Positions 42,146-54,315 of a stretch of 64,000 nucleotides of DNA are shown piece after piece (the stretch's first letter is position 1; every line of letters starts with the position of its first letter). Source of the DNA: Cenococcum geophilum (taxonomy: Eukaryota); the NCBI GenBank assembly GCA_050273025.1, contig CP158635.1, forward strand, positions 30,132,001 to 30,196,000. The letters run 5' to 3'. The notes beneath the pieces are model-generated. The model worked only from the letters and a program-made list of their open reading frames with translations, did no database searches and was not told where the DNA came from. A program made the translations under genes and the position numbers.

Positions 42146-43715
42146 TGTTGGGAATATAATGATGATGAAGTTTATTCCGCCCGGAGGCACTAAGCCTAGA
42201 GGGCACTAGTACTATATTATATAACTTTGCTTCTTTTAGTCTTGCTATATTCTCGCATAAGCCCATATATATGCCTTATTTAGTACTCCCTAGTACTATT
42301 TATGCCTTATTCTATGAGATCTCGTGGGTAGTTAGTAGTAGGTACTCCTGGGGGGCCGTTCCTCTAAGTGTTTAGTATCCTATCTTTAGCAACTAAAGCG
42401 AGATCTACTGGTAGCACGAGGGTGCGTAGGTTAGTTACAGTGTAGGGGTATAATATTGCTTAGACCACGTCTACTTATAAACGCTGGTAGTATATATAAT
42501 AGGAACTGTGCAATTAACTAAGCTGCTAGTAGTGGTAGTGGTAGTTATGGTTGTAGTTGTGGTTGTAGCTATTAGAATTAGAATTAGAACGGAGACGGTT
42601 TACCCCAAAATCATACCATAAGGTCTTAAACTGTAAGTACTAGGCCTAGTGGTTTCTGGTAAGGTTAAACTAGTTATAAGGGTAAGGATAATGCTAGTAC
42701 TAAGGCGTATGTACGTGGTTATAGAGGTGGTAGGTAAGGCGATTGTGGCGATTAAGGTAGTGGTCTGCGTTTTGGTAATAGCCGAGGTATAGGGCTTGGA
42801 AGCGGTTTCTAAGGTATCTGAGGTATCTGAGGTGTAGTAGGTATAGGCGTAGGCTTAGGTAATAGCTGAGGTATATTAGGTATAGTAGGCGTAGGTATAG
42901 GCGTAGGCTTAGGCTTAGACTTAGGCTTAAGCTTAGGTGTAGGCGCAGGCATAAGATAGTTGTGGAAGTCGGCTTTGAGTTTTGGCCACGAGCAATTGTT
43001 GTTATGCTCTGTTATTAACTCTTTAATAGAGTAGTCTATATCGTTCTAGCTACACTTCTGTATACTATAGAAAGGGCATTACATAAAATCCTTATAGTCG
43101 TCGTTAAAGATTAGATGGTAGAAACCGGCACTAGCGAGTTTTATTGGGGAGAGACGTTAATGGGGCTAGTTCGTGTATAAGCTTATACGGGAGGATATCG
43201 TTATAAAGCTAGGGGCTAGGTTTGGTGAAGGCGGAGGCAAAGGCGAAGGCGAAGGCGATGGCGAAGGTATTAATGGAGGAGATGCAGCTGGGTATGGTAG
43301 GAGCGGCGATTTAGGGGGGGGGGGTTGGAGTTGGAGTTGGTGAACGAGACGGTAGAGAAGGCTGTAAAGGAGGCTGTAATAGCGGAGAGAAAGGATTCAG
43401 GTCGTCTGTAAAAGAGGTCCGTTCCTTCTTCTTTCTCTTCCGTTCCTTCCTTTCTGTAGTCGCCCGCGTCTTTGGAGCCATCCTCCTGTTGGGAATAAAG
43501 GCAAGGGGTCACCATATGAGGCATATTACCGTCACGTGTGGCAAGTTGCCGTTACGTGCGGCAAGTTGCCGTCACGTGCCGCCGCGGCACTAGCGTGGTG
43601 AGGAACCTTAAGTTCCTCACCCCTTTCTTAAGAATCATCAATCAAAACAAAAGAACAACAATCATCATACTATCTACGAACCGTAGCTACGTGATATCCC
43701 CTTGTGTAACCAACA
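42146..43715. mobile_element. 1.57-kb Copia-LTR-derived unit, TSD aagac, containing a BIR-like ORF and a Copia-A-family LTR (43487-43715)
   Basis: Ends are tgttgggaata...ccaaca, flanked by aagac on both sides. 43487-43715 aligns with the reverse complement of 8585-8761. Confidence 0.8.
42200..43481 (-). pseudogene. BIR-domain (IAP-like), Pro-rich protein pseudogene; 3' end approximate
   Basis: 42986-43189 reads RISLYTN*PH*RLSPIKLASAGFYH...DFM*CPFYSIQKCS*NDID...EHNNNCSW. There is one frameshift at the G11 tract 43314-43324. Confidence 0.75.
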
Positions 43716-45034
43716 AAGACTTAATCAATTTAATTAACTGAGAGCTTGCTAGCTTGGCAATTCAATTAATATAGAAGTCCTAGTTGAATTAAAAATATTA
43801 AAACTTTTAATATTATATAGAAATATACTAAATATAATATATAATAATGCTCTAGACTTTATTTTTCTTAACCCCCTTTACTAAAAAAGGTTTACCCGAG
43901 CATTACCTATTGTTTATAGTATTGCATTATCGCCGGAGTCTTAGTAGGTAAGAAGAGTTTTACTACTAGACTTGCCCACTAATAATATTAATTTTATTAC
44001 TACCATGGCTTTTAATGCGTTAAATAATGGCCAAATAAATACCTTAATACTCTCTATAGCTCGTTCTAATCCTACCGTCCCTACTAACCTCTAGCACGCT
44101 TATAGCTTAGATAGCAATACCAATGCGTCTACCACCGATCCTTAGCTAGAAGACTATATAGAAGTTAATTAGAAGCGCATTCTTAGCTAGTATATTCCTT
44201 ATTTAACGGTAGGCAGACGTTGCGAGCCTATATAGCAGTATAGATACGATATTAGGCATAGCAAAACTAGTAGGCGGTATTAGCTCTGCAAAATCTGCTA
44301 TAAAAAGAAGGCCTATATACGACATATATATCTAGATTTAAGCACTGCTAATTATTCTAAGCACATGCTAGAAAAACACGATATTAGTAACGGTCCTAGA
44401 AAGAAAGTAAAGCTAGGACAATTAGTCTTTAAACAGCTATATCTTTAAGCTAATAAGCTAGAGGATTAAGCCTAAATAAATACTATTATCTAGAGCCTTA
44501 GTCCGGATCGTTTTACTTAGCTTTTAATGCGATAGGTTATACGCGACAATATTCCATTTTATAAGCTTAAAAGCAGTATATTTTATAATCTTATAGGGTA
44601 CGCTAATTAAGCTATATTAATCGCAGGCCTTCTACCTACTTATTAGATAATAAGAGAGCTAATAATTACTAAGTTTAATTAACATAAGGAAGTAGTTACT
44701 ACTCTACTATATAGAGCTCCAGGCAAGATTTATCTATCCTTTAATCTTTAGATGTCTTGTAATTATTTATTACTACTTAATAAGCTTAGCTTTTAGGCCT
44801 TTATTATATTACTTACTAACTACTATATAGGAATTGTTATTTATTTTATAGATGAAAAAAACTAGCACCGTTCCTTCCTTTTAGCGCTTCCTCTTTAAGA
44901 AGAGCGATATCTAGGCATTAATATTGTAGCTAGCGTTAAGAAAATCCTTACTAAGTTCGGAATTGGTAAGCGGTACATCGGGAAAATATTCGCAGGATGA
45001 GATTTAAGTAGACTTTGTGTGGCGCGTTTCGCGT

Positions 45035-45215
45035 AATTAACATGCAATTTAACCAACTTAACACGCAATTAACTAACTTAATATATAATTTAACTAACTT
45101 AATACGCAATTAAATAACTTGACAACTTTAAAAGCTAACTGCATATTCCTTAACACGCAGTTAACCTACTTAATAACTTTAAAAGCTAACTGTATATTCC
45201 TTGACATGCAATTAA
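45035..45215. repeat. Degenerate ~20-21-bp tandem array (aacttaacacgcaattaact)
   Basis: Periodicity is directly visible. Confidence 0.8.
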
Positions 45216-45273
45216 GGTAAAGTTATATGCTAATTACGTAATCTTATATAATCTTACATAGTCTTATTACTTA

Positions 45274-45415
45274 GAGGCTCTGCACGAGGCTCTGCACGAA
45301 GCTCTACACGAAGCTCTGCACGAAGCTCTACACGAAGCTCTACACGAAGCTCTACACGAAGCTCTACACGAAGCTCTACACGAAGCTCTATACGAAGCTC
45401 TATACGAAGCTCTAC
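45274..45415. repeat. 12-bp tandem array (gaagctctacac), ~12 units
   Basis: Periodicity is directly visible. Confidence 0.95.
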
Positions 45416-45570
45416 GTACAGAGGCTCTGCTCTGCATCGGGTCCCCGCTATATTCCCGATAGCGTCTACACGTGTCTCTGCCTATGTAGCCGCCTTATTT
45501 TTTACCCTTCCTTCCTTACATCCTCCCTACCTAGGGAGGCACTAGAACGGCAGCCAGCAGAGGACCGTTG

Positions 45571-45845
45571 CTAGAACTAGATGACTATCGCTAGAACCAG
45601 ACGACCGTCGCCAGAACCAGACGACCGTTACCAGAACCAGACGACCGTCGCCAGAGCCAGACGACCGTCGCTAGAGCCAGACGACCGTCGCCAGAACCAG
45701 ACGACCGTCTCCAGAGTCAGACGACTGTCGCCAAAACCAGACGACCATCGCCAGAACCAGACGACCGTTACCAGAGCCAGACGACCGTTACCAGAACCAG
45801 ACAACCGTCGCTAGAACCAGACGACCGTCGCCAGAACCAGACGAC
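45571..45845. repeat. 20-bp tandem array (ccagaaccagacgaccgtcg), ~14 units
   Basis: Periodicity is directly visible. Confidence 0.95.
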
Positions 45846-45904
45846 AACGACTAGCCAGCGAACACTATAAACGATTCGATCGATTGATCGAATCAAGGTA
45901 GCAC

Positions 45905-46165
45905 AGACAGGTAGGCACAAACAGGGAGATGCTGACGGGTAGGCAGATGCAGACAGGTAGGCAGATACAGACAGGTAAGCAGATGCAGACAGGCAAGCAG
46001 ATGCAGACAGGTAGGCAGATGCAGACAGGCAAGCAGATGCAGACAGGTAGGCAGATGCTGACGGGTAGGCAGATATAGACAGGTAGGCAGATGCAAACAG
46101 GTAGGCGATGTAGACAGGTAGGCAATGCAGACAGGTAGGCGATGCAGGCAGGTAGGTAGATAGGC
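45905..46165. repeat. 18-bp tandem array (gcagatgcagacaggtag), ~14 units
   Basis: Periodicity is directly visible. Confidence 0.95.
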
Positions 46166-48440
46166 AGGTAGGTAAGTCAATAGATAGATAGGTAGAAGAG
46201 AACCATCGCTATACTATATTAAATTATCTAAAATAATATTATTTACTTTGCTAGCCTTATAAATAGCTTTAAAATAGCTTTTATTTATTTAAAATATGCT
46301 ATTAGTATAAAAGAGGTAAATATAATTGTGGTTGCCAAATGCGCAGATTGCTGGCAGGTTGCGCGCAGGCTGCGCGCAGGCTGCGTGTCAAAAAAACACG
46401 ACATAGGCTAGTCGGTCGAGTTGCCAAATGACCTCAACTGCGCGCCAATTGCGTCAACCACCAACCATTGAGGCCATTGAAAGGGTACCATATTTTGCCG
46501 ATGTAGGTCGGCTACTTTATAGCGGATAACGTAAATAATAATAACATCTATATTAACAAACTCTCTATTAAGTTTGGATTTAATCTACTATATCATCGCC
46601 TTCGTTATATAGGCTATATTATTAATCTAGTCGCTTATATACTGCTTTTTAGCGCAGATTTAAGGACTCTAGATAAGGAAGAAGAGAATAAGGATAAGGT
46701 TCTCTAGCAGATATTAGCTTAGAGGAAGATTAAACCTATTAGTAAGCTTTATAATAATATTTTTTGGATATTTAACTCTAAGTAATGTATTAAAAAGCTT
46801 CTTAAGCTTTAAGATCTAGAGCTTAAAGATGACGTATTGTAAATCGCTACTAAGCTTTTTCTAATTAAGCTAGTAGAGACGCGCTAGAACTTTATAGAAT
46901 TAGTAATTAAACAAGCTATTAAGCTTCGAAACTCTATTAATCGCCTTATTAGTAATAAAGTTGTTAAATAGATAATATACTAGGCTAAGGTTACTAAGAA
47001 CGGTATAAAGGATCTACCTATAAGAGTCCGTAAAGAGCCTAATATTATTAAGAACTACCTAATAGAGGATAATTGGGCTATATTAACTAAATATTAGGCT
47101 ATTCTAAAGCCTCTTTAGATTACTATAAAGCGACTAAGAAGACGCTTAAAGGAAGGTATATATAAACTAACGTTATTAATTTCTATCGTGAACTAATTAA
47201 TATAGGTAAATTTAGATCCTTATAGGAGGTCCTTCCTATTTTTAAGTATCTACTTAATTAATTTAAACGCTTTAAAATAGAGTACAAACACCACCTAGAG
47301 CCTTACTTCCGCCATAATATTAATGTAGCTTGGCTAAAGCTGACCGAATACTACCAACTTACTAATTGTTCGCCTGCCTATATTGCTGTCACGGTCCTTA
47401 ATCCATTAATTAAATGGACGTTTGCTAATAAATACTAGATAGGTAAAGGATAAGCTAGTTAAAAGAAAGCAGCTAAGCAAGCTATTCGCGATCTATGGCT
47501 TAAATATAAATTCTTTCCGATTAAATTAGTTACTAACGGCGAGGTTCTAAAACAGCGGCGCGTCCCCTTATCTAAAATCGATAACTATTTTACCAGCAGC
47601 TTCGCTCAGCCTATATCTATAGAAGATTACAATAAGTATAATAATTGGCTAGTATAAGCAGGTTACCTTAAAGACGTTTAATATACGGATCTAATTGCCT
47701 ATTAGCGAGTTAGAGTAAATGGGACTTAATATCCACAACTCGCTCGCATAGCTCTCGATTTAATGACTATTCTACTAATATTGTTAGAACTTAGACAAAT
47801 ATTTAGCCTTACTAGCTTACTTCTTACTCCTAATTGCACACAACTACAATCTAATATAATTAGAGCTTTAATGGCAGTAGGATTGCGGGACAAGGAAGGC
47901 GTAATTAAGATAGTAAATAGGCAGTTAAGGCGGCCGTAGAAGGAAGGAACAGAAAATACACAGCAGGATAGTAACTCAACACCATACTAAGACTTACGAT
48001 AGGCTAATATTGACAACAGGAGTGACAGAAACGATGGTAGAAAGCAATCTAGGCGTTACCAGGTAGGTCCTCCTGCATCAATACCATGCTAAGACTCGTG
48101 ATAATTACTAACTACTATGTATGTTACGGCGCTGGTGGAAACTGGTGGATTTTGGCTGACCAACTAACCCCCCCTGCACCCTCGAATTCCTCAGCGAAGC
48201 GTCTAAGAGATTATGGGCGTGTGCCCGGTGTAAACCGGGCCACTTTTTAAGCCTATATTAACTTTAACTAGCTACAACGGGGCCAACCTAGTAGCTACGG
48301 CCTTAGTTCCTAATGCAATTGAATTCTAAGCTATTTCTTTATTGTATTTTTAAAATTTTAATTATCTATTTAGTCTATTAGGGGGCGAGATACAGCCTTA
48401 AAAAGGGTGAGTTTGTTTTTAAAACCGGGCTATATTGACC

Positions 48441-48748
48441 TCTTCAACTGCTCTAGCGATCGCATTCCGCCACCACAACTTAGATTACTCTAATACTTTA
48501 GGAGCTGCTTCTTAGTACTATTAAAAAGCAGCTCCTAAAGTATTAGGGTAATCTAAGTTGTGGTGGTAAAATGCGATCACTAGAGCAGTTAAAGACCTAG
48601 TTACGCCTACCTAGCCTAGTAAGAAGTAAGCTATTACTCTACTACCATAACTTAGTTTACTTTAATAATTTAGTAAGTACTTCCTAATAGTACTAAGAAG
48701 CGCCTCCTAAAGTATTAGGGTAAACTAAATTATGGTGGTGGAGTAATA
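48441..48748. repeat. Two related long palindromes (48441-48595 and 48632-48748)
   Basis: Arms of 77 bp and 58 bp, centred on 48518 and 48690. Confidence 0.9.
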
Positions 48749-48772
48749 CCGCAAAAGGTACTGGTGTACATC

Positions 48773-48988
48773 TGTAACAGTCTACCGACACTATGCTGGG
48801 ACACAGGCTTGCACCCTATATGGTGGCGTTAAGCCCACCCTCGTATATCTCGTATATGGGAAATAAGTCAAATCTTACGAGTCATAGACCCTATGGTCAA
48901 GGCTCTACATTCATGTATATATTCCACTTCATGTCCATAGATTTACAATCAAGTCGCTCATTCAATTCTCCCACACTGCACTGTTACA
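48773..48988. mobile_element. Solo LTR (216 bp), TSD acatc, essentially un-RIPped
   Basis: Ends are tgtaacagt...actgttaca with a 5-bp TSD. Confidence 0.9.
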
Positions 48989-49049
48989 ACATCCCTTACA
49001 AAGCGCGCCCATTTGCTCTCGAGAGGAATTGACCTCGCACGTAACGTGG

Positions 49050-50077
49050 GCTGTATAAGCGTTGCATAAGTGTTGCATAAAGGTGCAGAGGTGGATTCCT
49101 CACAGAGGGTCTGAGGCACCTGAGATAAGTTTCACACAGTTTTAGACAATTGCCGTCACGTGACCAGAGGATTGTATATAACGTCGAGCGGCGCCGCCCT
49201 CCGTCTCCTTTCCTTTCTCTAGCTTTGGATCCTCGTTTATAGACAATCCAATCGTACAGGCTTGCGCGACCCTTTTACCGTGCTCGTGCCTCCTGCCTCT
49301 GACTAACTGCTACCGACTACTGCTATTAACCGTTCTGTTACTGCTGCTACTGCTACTACTACTACTACTACTACTACTGCTACTGCTGTATTAACCGACT
49401 GCTACTAACCGACTACTATTAACTGTTTGCCGCTACCGAGATTTCTGCTACTAAAAGTTCTACCGTTAAATATTCTACTGCTTACTAACTGTTACCAAGT
49501 TCTCCCACCAAGTATTCTACCGCTAACTGTTCTATCTTATTTTACCACGCTAACTATCTGCTTTTATTACTGTTTATACCGCTATTACTATTACTGCCGT
49601 TACTGCTGCCGTTATTATTTTTGGTTTACTGCTGTCCTAGTTGCTATTAGTAGAAAGGATATATTAGAACGGTTCTATGGAAGGGCTAAGGATAAAGTTA
49701 CCTACGTTCATTTAGGGATATGCTTTCCTTTGTCTGTTCTACTTTTATTATACTTTTATTTAGCTATTCTTCTATAGTATAGAACGTTAGGGGACAACGT
49801 TCTTAGTAGGGGAGGTATATAGTGGTGTAGATTGGACAACGCCTAGTATCTTAGCATTTTCCTATATTTATAGAGCCTTCGGCTTCTCTCCTTCTTTTCT
49901 CTTTTATATAGATATATATATTACGACCCTACCAGTTACCGGAAATACACTCTTTTCTTTCTTTCTTACTAACTATTTTACTAACTAATTATAACTAACC
50001 AACCGACCGATAAACAGACTGATAGCACTGTGACTTCCCATCTAAGAGAGGTCGTACCCTCCTACACTACTACTATA
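49050..50077 (+). mobile_element. Truncated LTR-element remnants: LTR-like fragment (~49050-49300), low-complexity 3' region, PPT and 3' LTR 49818-50077
   Basis: aggggagg precedes an LTR homologous to 13836-14071. 49235-49290 resembles 19299-19352. Confidence 0.55.
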
Positions 50078-53000
50078 TTTAATAGGTCCGTAAATAAAAG
50101 TAAGGCCTCTATTAATAGGACAATTAACGTTAAATTTAGCTCTATAGAGCCTTATATAGATCCTTTGCTAAAGGCACTACTATACTACCTCGGCGTATCT
50201 TGCTGTAAGTACGTGTTAATTAAGCCTTCTACTAGCCGTATATAGATTGACCGCCGCTATTAAATGGAAATATCCAAATAACCTTACCTTGTAATTGCAG
50301 AGCTTAAGGAAATAGGGCTAAAGTATTAATTAACGATTAGGTGCTTACCTAGTAGAGTTATAATAAAGCTCTTTTTAATTTTATATTACTAACTAATATT
50401 CGCAATTATAACGCGCTTCTCTTACTAAGGAAGGCTTATACGCCTCTTTAAGGGATTGTATATAAAATGGTAGAGAGTAAGTAATAGTTGGGGTAGGTAA
50501 TTAGGTAAGTAAGTAAGACGAGATTAATAGAAGAGATTTATATCGCCTTATTGTATCTATAAAGCGACGTGATTAAAGTCGGAGGTAGTATAGCTAAATA
50601 GTAGATTTAAATGAGAATAGTTTTATTTAATTTTGATATTAGGCGTTTTTTTAAGCATGCTAATCTGTTAGGGATTAACCCCATTTTACCTAGTAAAATA
50701 CGTAGTATTCTCCTATTATGGAACGCCCCTATAATACCTTATATACGTCCACCTGTTTTTACTAACTTAGCAACTAGAGATTAACTACAAGACGGCAATC
50801 TAATAGCAATCTGCGGCAATCTGACGGCAATCTACCGTATTCTACTATATTTTACTAAGTTCTACTAAATCCTGCTAAGTTTTGCTAGGACTATCACCTA
50901 AATCCTATTCTGCTCTATATATATTAATTAAGTAACTAAGTCCATAATATATACCTTTTCTTCCCATTTTTCTATCTTCTTTTCTTATATAACGTCTTAA
51001 TCTCCTTATACAGTTTATATATATAGCTTAATAATATCTACCTTACTATATATTATCGCCGCTTATACTTACTCCGTAATACTATATTATATTAACTACC
51101 TATACTACTATTAATATGCAGAACAAACCTAAAGTCTCTATTATTTGTACCAACTTAATAGTACAAGTAAGTTATATCCCGGGGCACGAAATACGTATAG
51201 TATCGTATGCTCTTTAGGATGGTGGTAACTGTCTCTTATATTAAAGCAAACTACGTAGTCTATATACTGATGCGTCCTCCCCCCTTAATTAGTTAGTGCC
51301 CTAGGAGTGCACCAGACGCGTAAGCGGGCGGTTAGTACACCGAACGCATAAACGCGTGGCCAGTGTACCGAACGCGTAGGCACGCGGTTAGTATAACAGG
51401 TGCTGTAATTATACACTAGCGGTACTTGAAAAATAGAACCACTTGTATACGGCCTCCGTAGTTGCTTTAATAGAACCGTAAAACACAAAGGAAATACATA
51501 AGAAATCCCTCCCGAGGTGCCTTCTGGGCTGCCTTCCAAATGGTGCTCTAAGCTAGCCGTAAGTCCTACTTACGGTCTATAAAATAAACCGTACGGCCTT
51601 CCGACGGGCCGTAAATAAACCATACGGCCTTCCGACGGGCCGTAGGTAAGCTGTAAGTGCTCCGTTAGTCTCGTTCTACCTATTTTATAACCTTTAGATT
51701 AAGCTTATTTGTGTTAATTAGGGTTTTTATAGCTTAATACGGCTTTACCTTAGTTATAGCGTCCGCTGGGTTGTCTCCGCTGCTAATCTATTTGACCTCT
51801 ATAATCTTATGTCGTTCGTAAGCCTAATATAAGCACATTAGGTCGACTATAAGTCTCTTCTCCTACGTTATACCTAGTTTAACTAGGCAGTTGTAAAGGG
51901 ACTTTAAATCAGTATATAAAACTAGGGGTAATTACTCCAGTTATAGAATCTTCTAGACTGTTAATTTAATTACGGCTGCTATATTAAAGCTATAAGCTAA
52001 TATATATAGTTTAGAAGCTAGTATACTATAGGTTACTTATTTGCATTTAATTAAAGACTAGTATAGTATATTTGCGTCCTAATTACGGTCCGTAAGTACA
52101 ATTACAAAGCTAATTTATAATAATAGGTCCCTATTATTAGCGAAGAAGGCGTTTATAAATGCCAGTAAGCTAAGGGAATTCAGGTCTAGTGGTATAAAAG
52201 TAAGTCCCCTTACTGTATTATTAATTTGCCACTAAATACGCTTATTAAGCTGCTTAATATTTTCTTCTTGCGGATCTATTACCTAGGCCGTAAAAGACAA
52301 ATTATAGGCAGATTTGGGTTAACAGACTATAGCAATATAGGCGCCTCTTACACGCTGTGCAATATATTGGTCCTTTATATTTACGGTCTTATAGGTCTCT
52401 CTATAAAAGCTAGTAAGGTCCGTAAGCTTTACTATAACGGGCTTTAGGTTTTAAGCTTAGCGTTTTTAAGTCAGCTTAATTAGGTTGCCCTTTTATATAA
52501 TTAGGCCTTTATTAAACTTAATTAGAGTCTACTTAGTTAACTGCTTTCGCAGCTTTGCCAAGAACTTTGCCTTTTATAGTTTAGTTTCTTTAGCGTCCGT
52601 AAAGGTTTAGTCTGCTAGGAAGAGTGTATTATCTATTTAGAGTCTAACAATACTAAGGCCGTTTAATGGGCTATATAGGAGGCAGGGGTTATAGGTTAAC
52701 TATTCCATTTTAAGTTTACTAACGTGGTGCTAGTGGTATATCTTAAACCAGTGGTTTCCAGCTTCCGGCACTCCGTAAAGTGGTTTTATAACCTATAAAA
52801 TTATTCCTAGTTATAGGTTAAGCTCACGGGGTAGTCGTATAAAAATGTCCCTACTTAGGTAGGTATTAGACTGCACGTAGGCTTATAAGATGTCCCGTAA
52901 GTAGAGGGCTACAGGTTTTATTTACTGTAGTCCCGGCATAAGTATAAGTATAATCCATTAACTAACCCGTTAAATTATAGGCGATTACGTAAGGACTAAG

Positions 53001-54315
53001 TCTTTTCCCTGGTTATTATAAGCTTATATAACGAGCCTTAATTTTTTAAAGGCTTTATTAGTACTAGGGTGCTTAATTTCGTTAATAAAGCGTAAGTTAA
53101 ATATACGGACGCCTTGCGGAATATCTCTCTCCATTATAACCGCAAAGACGCCCTTCTTAAGTAGTCCGTTAATCTCTTTGCGTTATAAGTCCGTAAAAGG
53201 GGTTTCCTATACTAGAACTAATATATCCGCAGGCGGAGATTGCTTTGCGGATGTGCCTATAAAGGTTAGGTAATTCTCCATTATAGGGTTCTTATAGGGG
53301 CGTCCTCGGCCACGCTTTACAGCAGGTTTAGTAGGTTTAGTAGGTTTCTAGGGGACCTCTAGGGTAGGCAAGGGTGCTTCTAGTTTATTTAATTCGGCGA
53401 GTGCTTCTAGTTTATCTAATTTAGCGGGTACTTCTAGTTCGTCTGGCTTAATATTATAGGTATTTTTAGGCCGAAAATAGGGTTTTACGGACGTGCTTCT
53501 AAAGTTAGTCGGTCCGCTAAAAAGTTATACGCAACACGTCTTATTTTCTACAGCCAGTAAACAGTAAGGTCCAGTTTAATTGCCACTCTTACGCTATATA
53601 AGGACTTTAGAATTAAGTAGGAGGTCGTAAACTAAAGTTATATTAGGTCCGTTATGGTAATATAGGGCGTTATTAACAGTTTATTTGGCCCGTAATTTAA
53701 CTATTTCGGCCATTGCCTTTTATATTGTGGCTGCTCAATCTATAATAGACGGGGCAGGAGGGTCCAGTTTACTTATCCTTAGGTAGGCTCCATAGACTAA
53801 GAGAGTAGGTACCAGTCCGTTAGGGCTAGCGGTGTTATTAACGGCTTTTACGGCCATCTGTAAAGCCAGTTCCTTTTAAATATTCTTACACTCATCTATA
53901 ATGATCTGGTAAGCTCTCCGTAGAGCTAGGTAAGCTCGCTTAATAAGCCTAACGGACTAGTGCGCCTTAACTAGAACGGCTTTTATTAAAATAGCTATAG
54001 CCGTAGCATACTATTAGAATTCTTTACTAATAAAGTTCCTACTAGCGTTGTAGGTAATATACTTAGGGGGTTTAAGGTATGTATTAATCTAGCAGGTCCG
54101 TAAAATATCTTAAGTATATTTTATAGATATATTTTGTAACTAACGGACGGCTTAATAGTGGGTTGCCTTGTCAATTATATATAATACTAGGCTGCCGTTA
54201 ATATATATAATATCCACGTATATTAAGTGGTTAAAGTTAAGGTCCTTATAAAGGGTGAACTTAAATTGGCCTAGGGAACGTCCGTATTTCTAGCAAAAGG
54301 AGCAGTATTTAGTTA

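Larger units (their letters stand above)
44976..46503. mobile_element. 1.53-kb non-autonomous TIR element, TA TSD, packed with minisatellites
   Basis: TIR catcgggaaaatat / catcggcaaaatat (13/14). Removal restores the hAT frame GKR*VGYF. Confidence 0.88.
44005..47939 (+). pseudogene. hAT transposase pseudogene 2, interrupted by a TIR element; element termini unresolved (~42110 to ~48430)
   Basis: BED motif *LCKICY...KHMLEKH, VGYFIADN and YPQLARIALDLMTI...IFS. Probable introns lie near 44780-44830 and 47156-47206. Confidence 0.85.

Noticed and set aside
43270..43524. 84-aa minus-strand ORF
   Set aside because: It is an alternative frame overlapping the BIR ORF N terminus and has no recognisable motif.
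45274..46165. CRISPR-like appearance of the repeat arrays
   Set aside because: The units are head-to-tail with no unique spacers, no cas genes are present, and the context is a eukaryotic transposon.
45581..46180. ORFs with repeated peptides (ARRPSPEPDDR, VCICLP, TCLHLP)
   Set aside because: They are by-products of stop-free 20- and 18-bp arrays that are open in several frames.
48122..48300. LTR-like start tgttacggcgctgg and small hairpin gcccggtgtaaaccgggc
   Set aside because: No matching end or TSD was found.
42108..48430. cctaggttttaa / ttaaaaccggg as hAT-2 TIRs
   Set aside because: The match is weak and no 8-bp TSD was found, so the boundaries are left unresolved.
50078..50713. Possible RIPped intron-containing gene on the minus strand
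   Set aside because: A GT..AG candidate exists, but no convincing frame or domain could be reconstructed.
879..52447. Most short ORFs in the supplied track (e.g. 879, 3351, 4110, 8658, 24495, 33954, 43538, 48793, 49427, 51285)
   Set aside because: They are off-frame or antisense reads of LTRs and RIPped pol. Only 27178-27432 (LINE ORF1 start) and 63508-63852 fit real genes.
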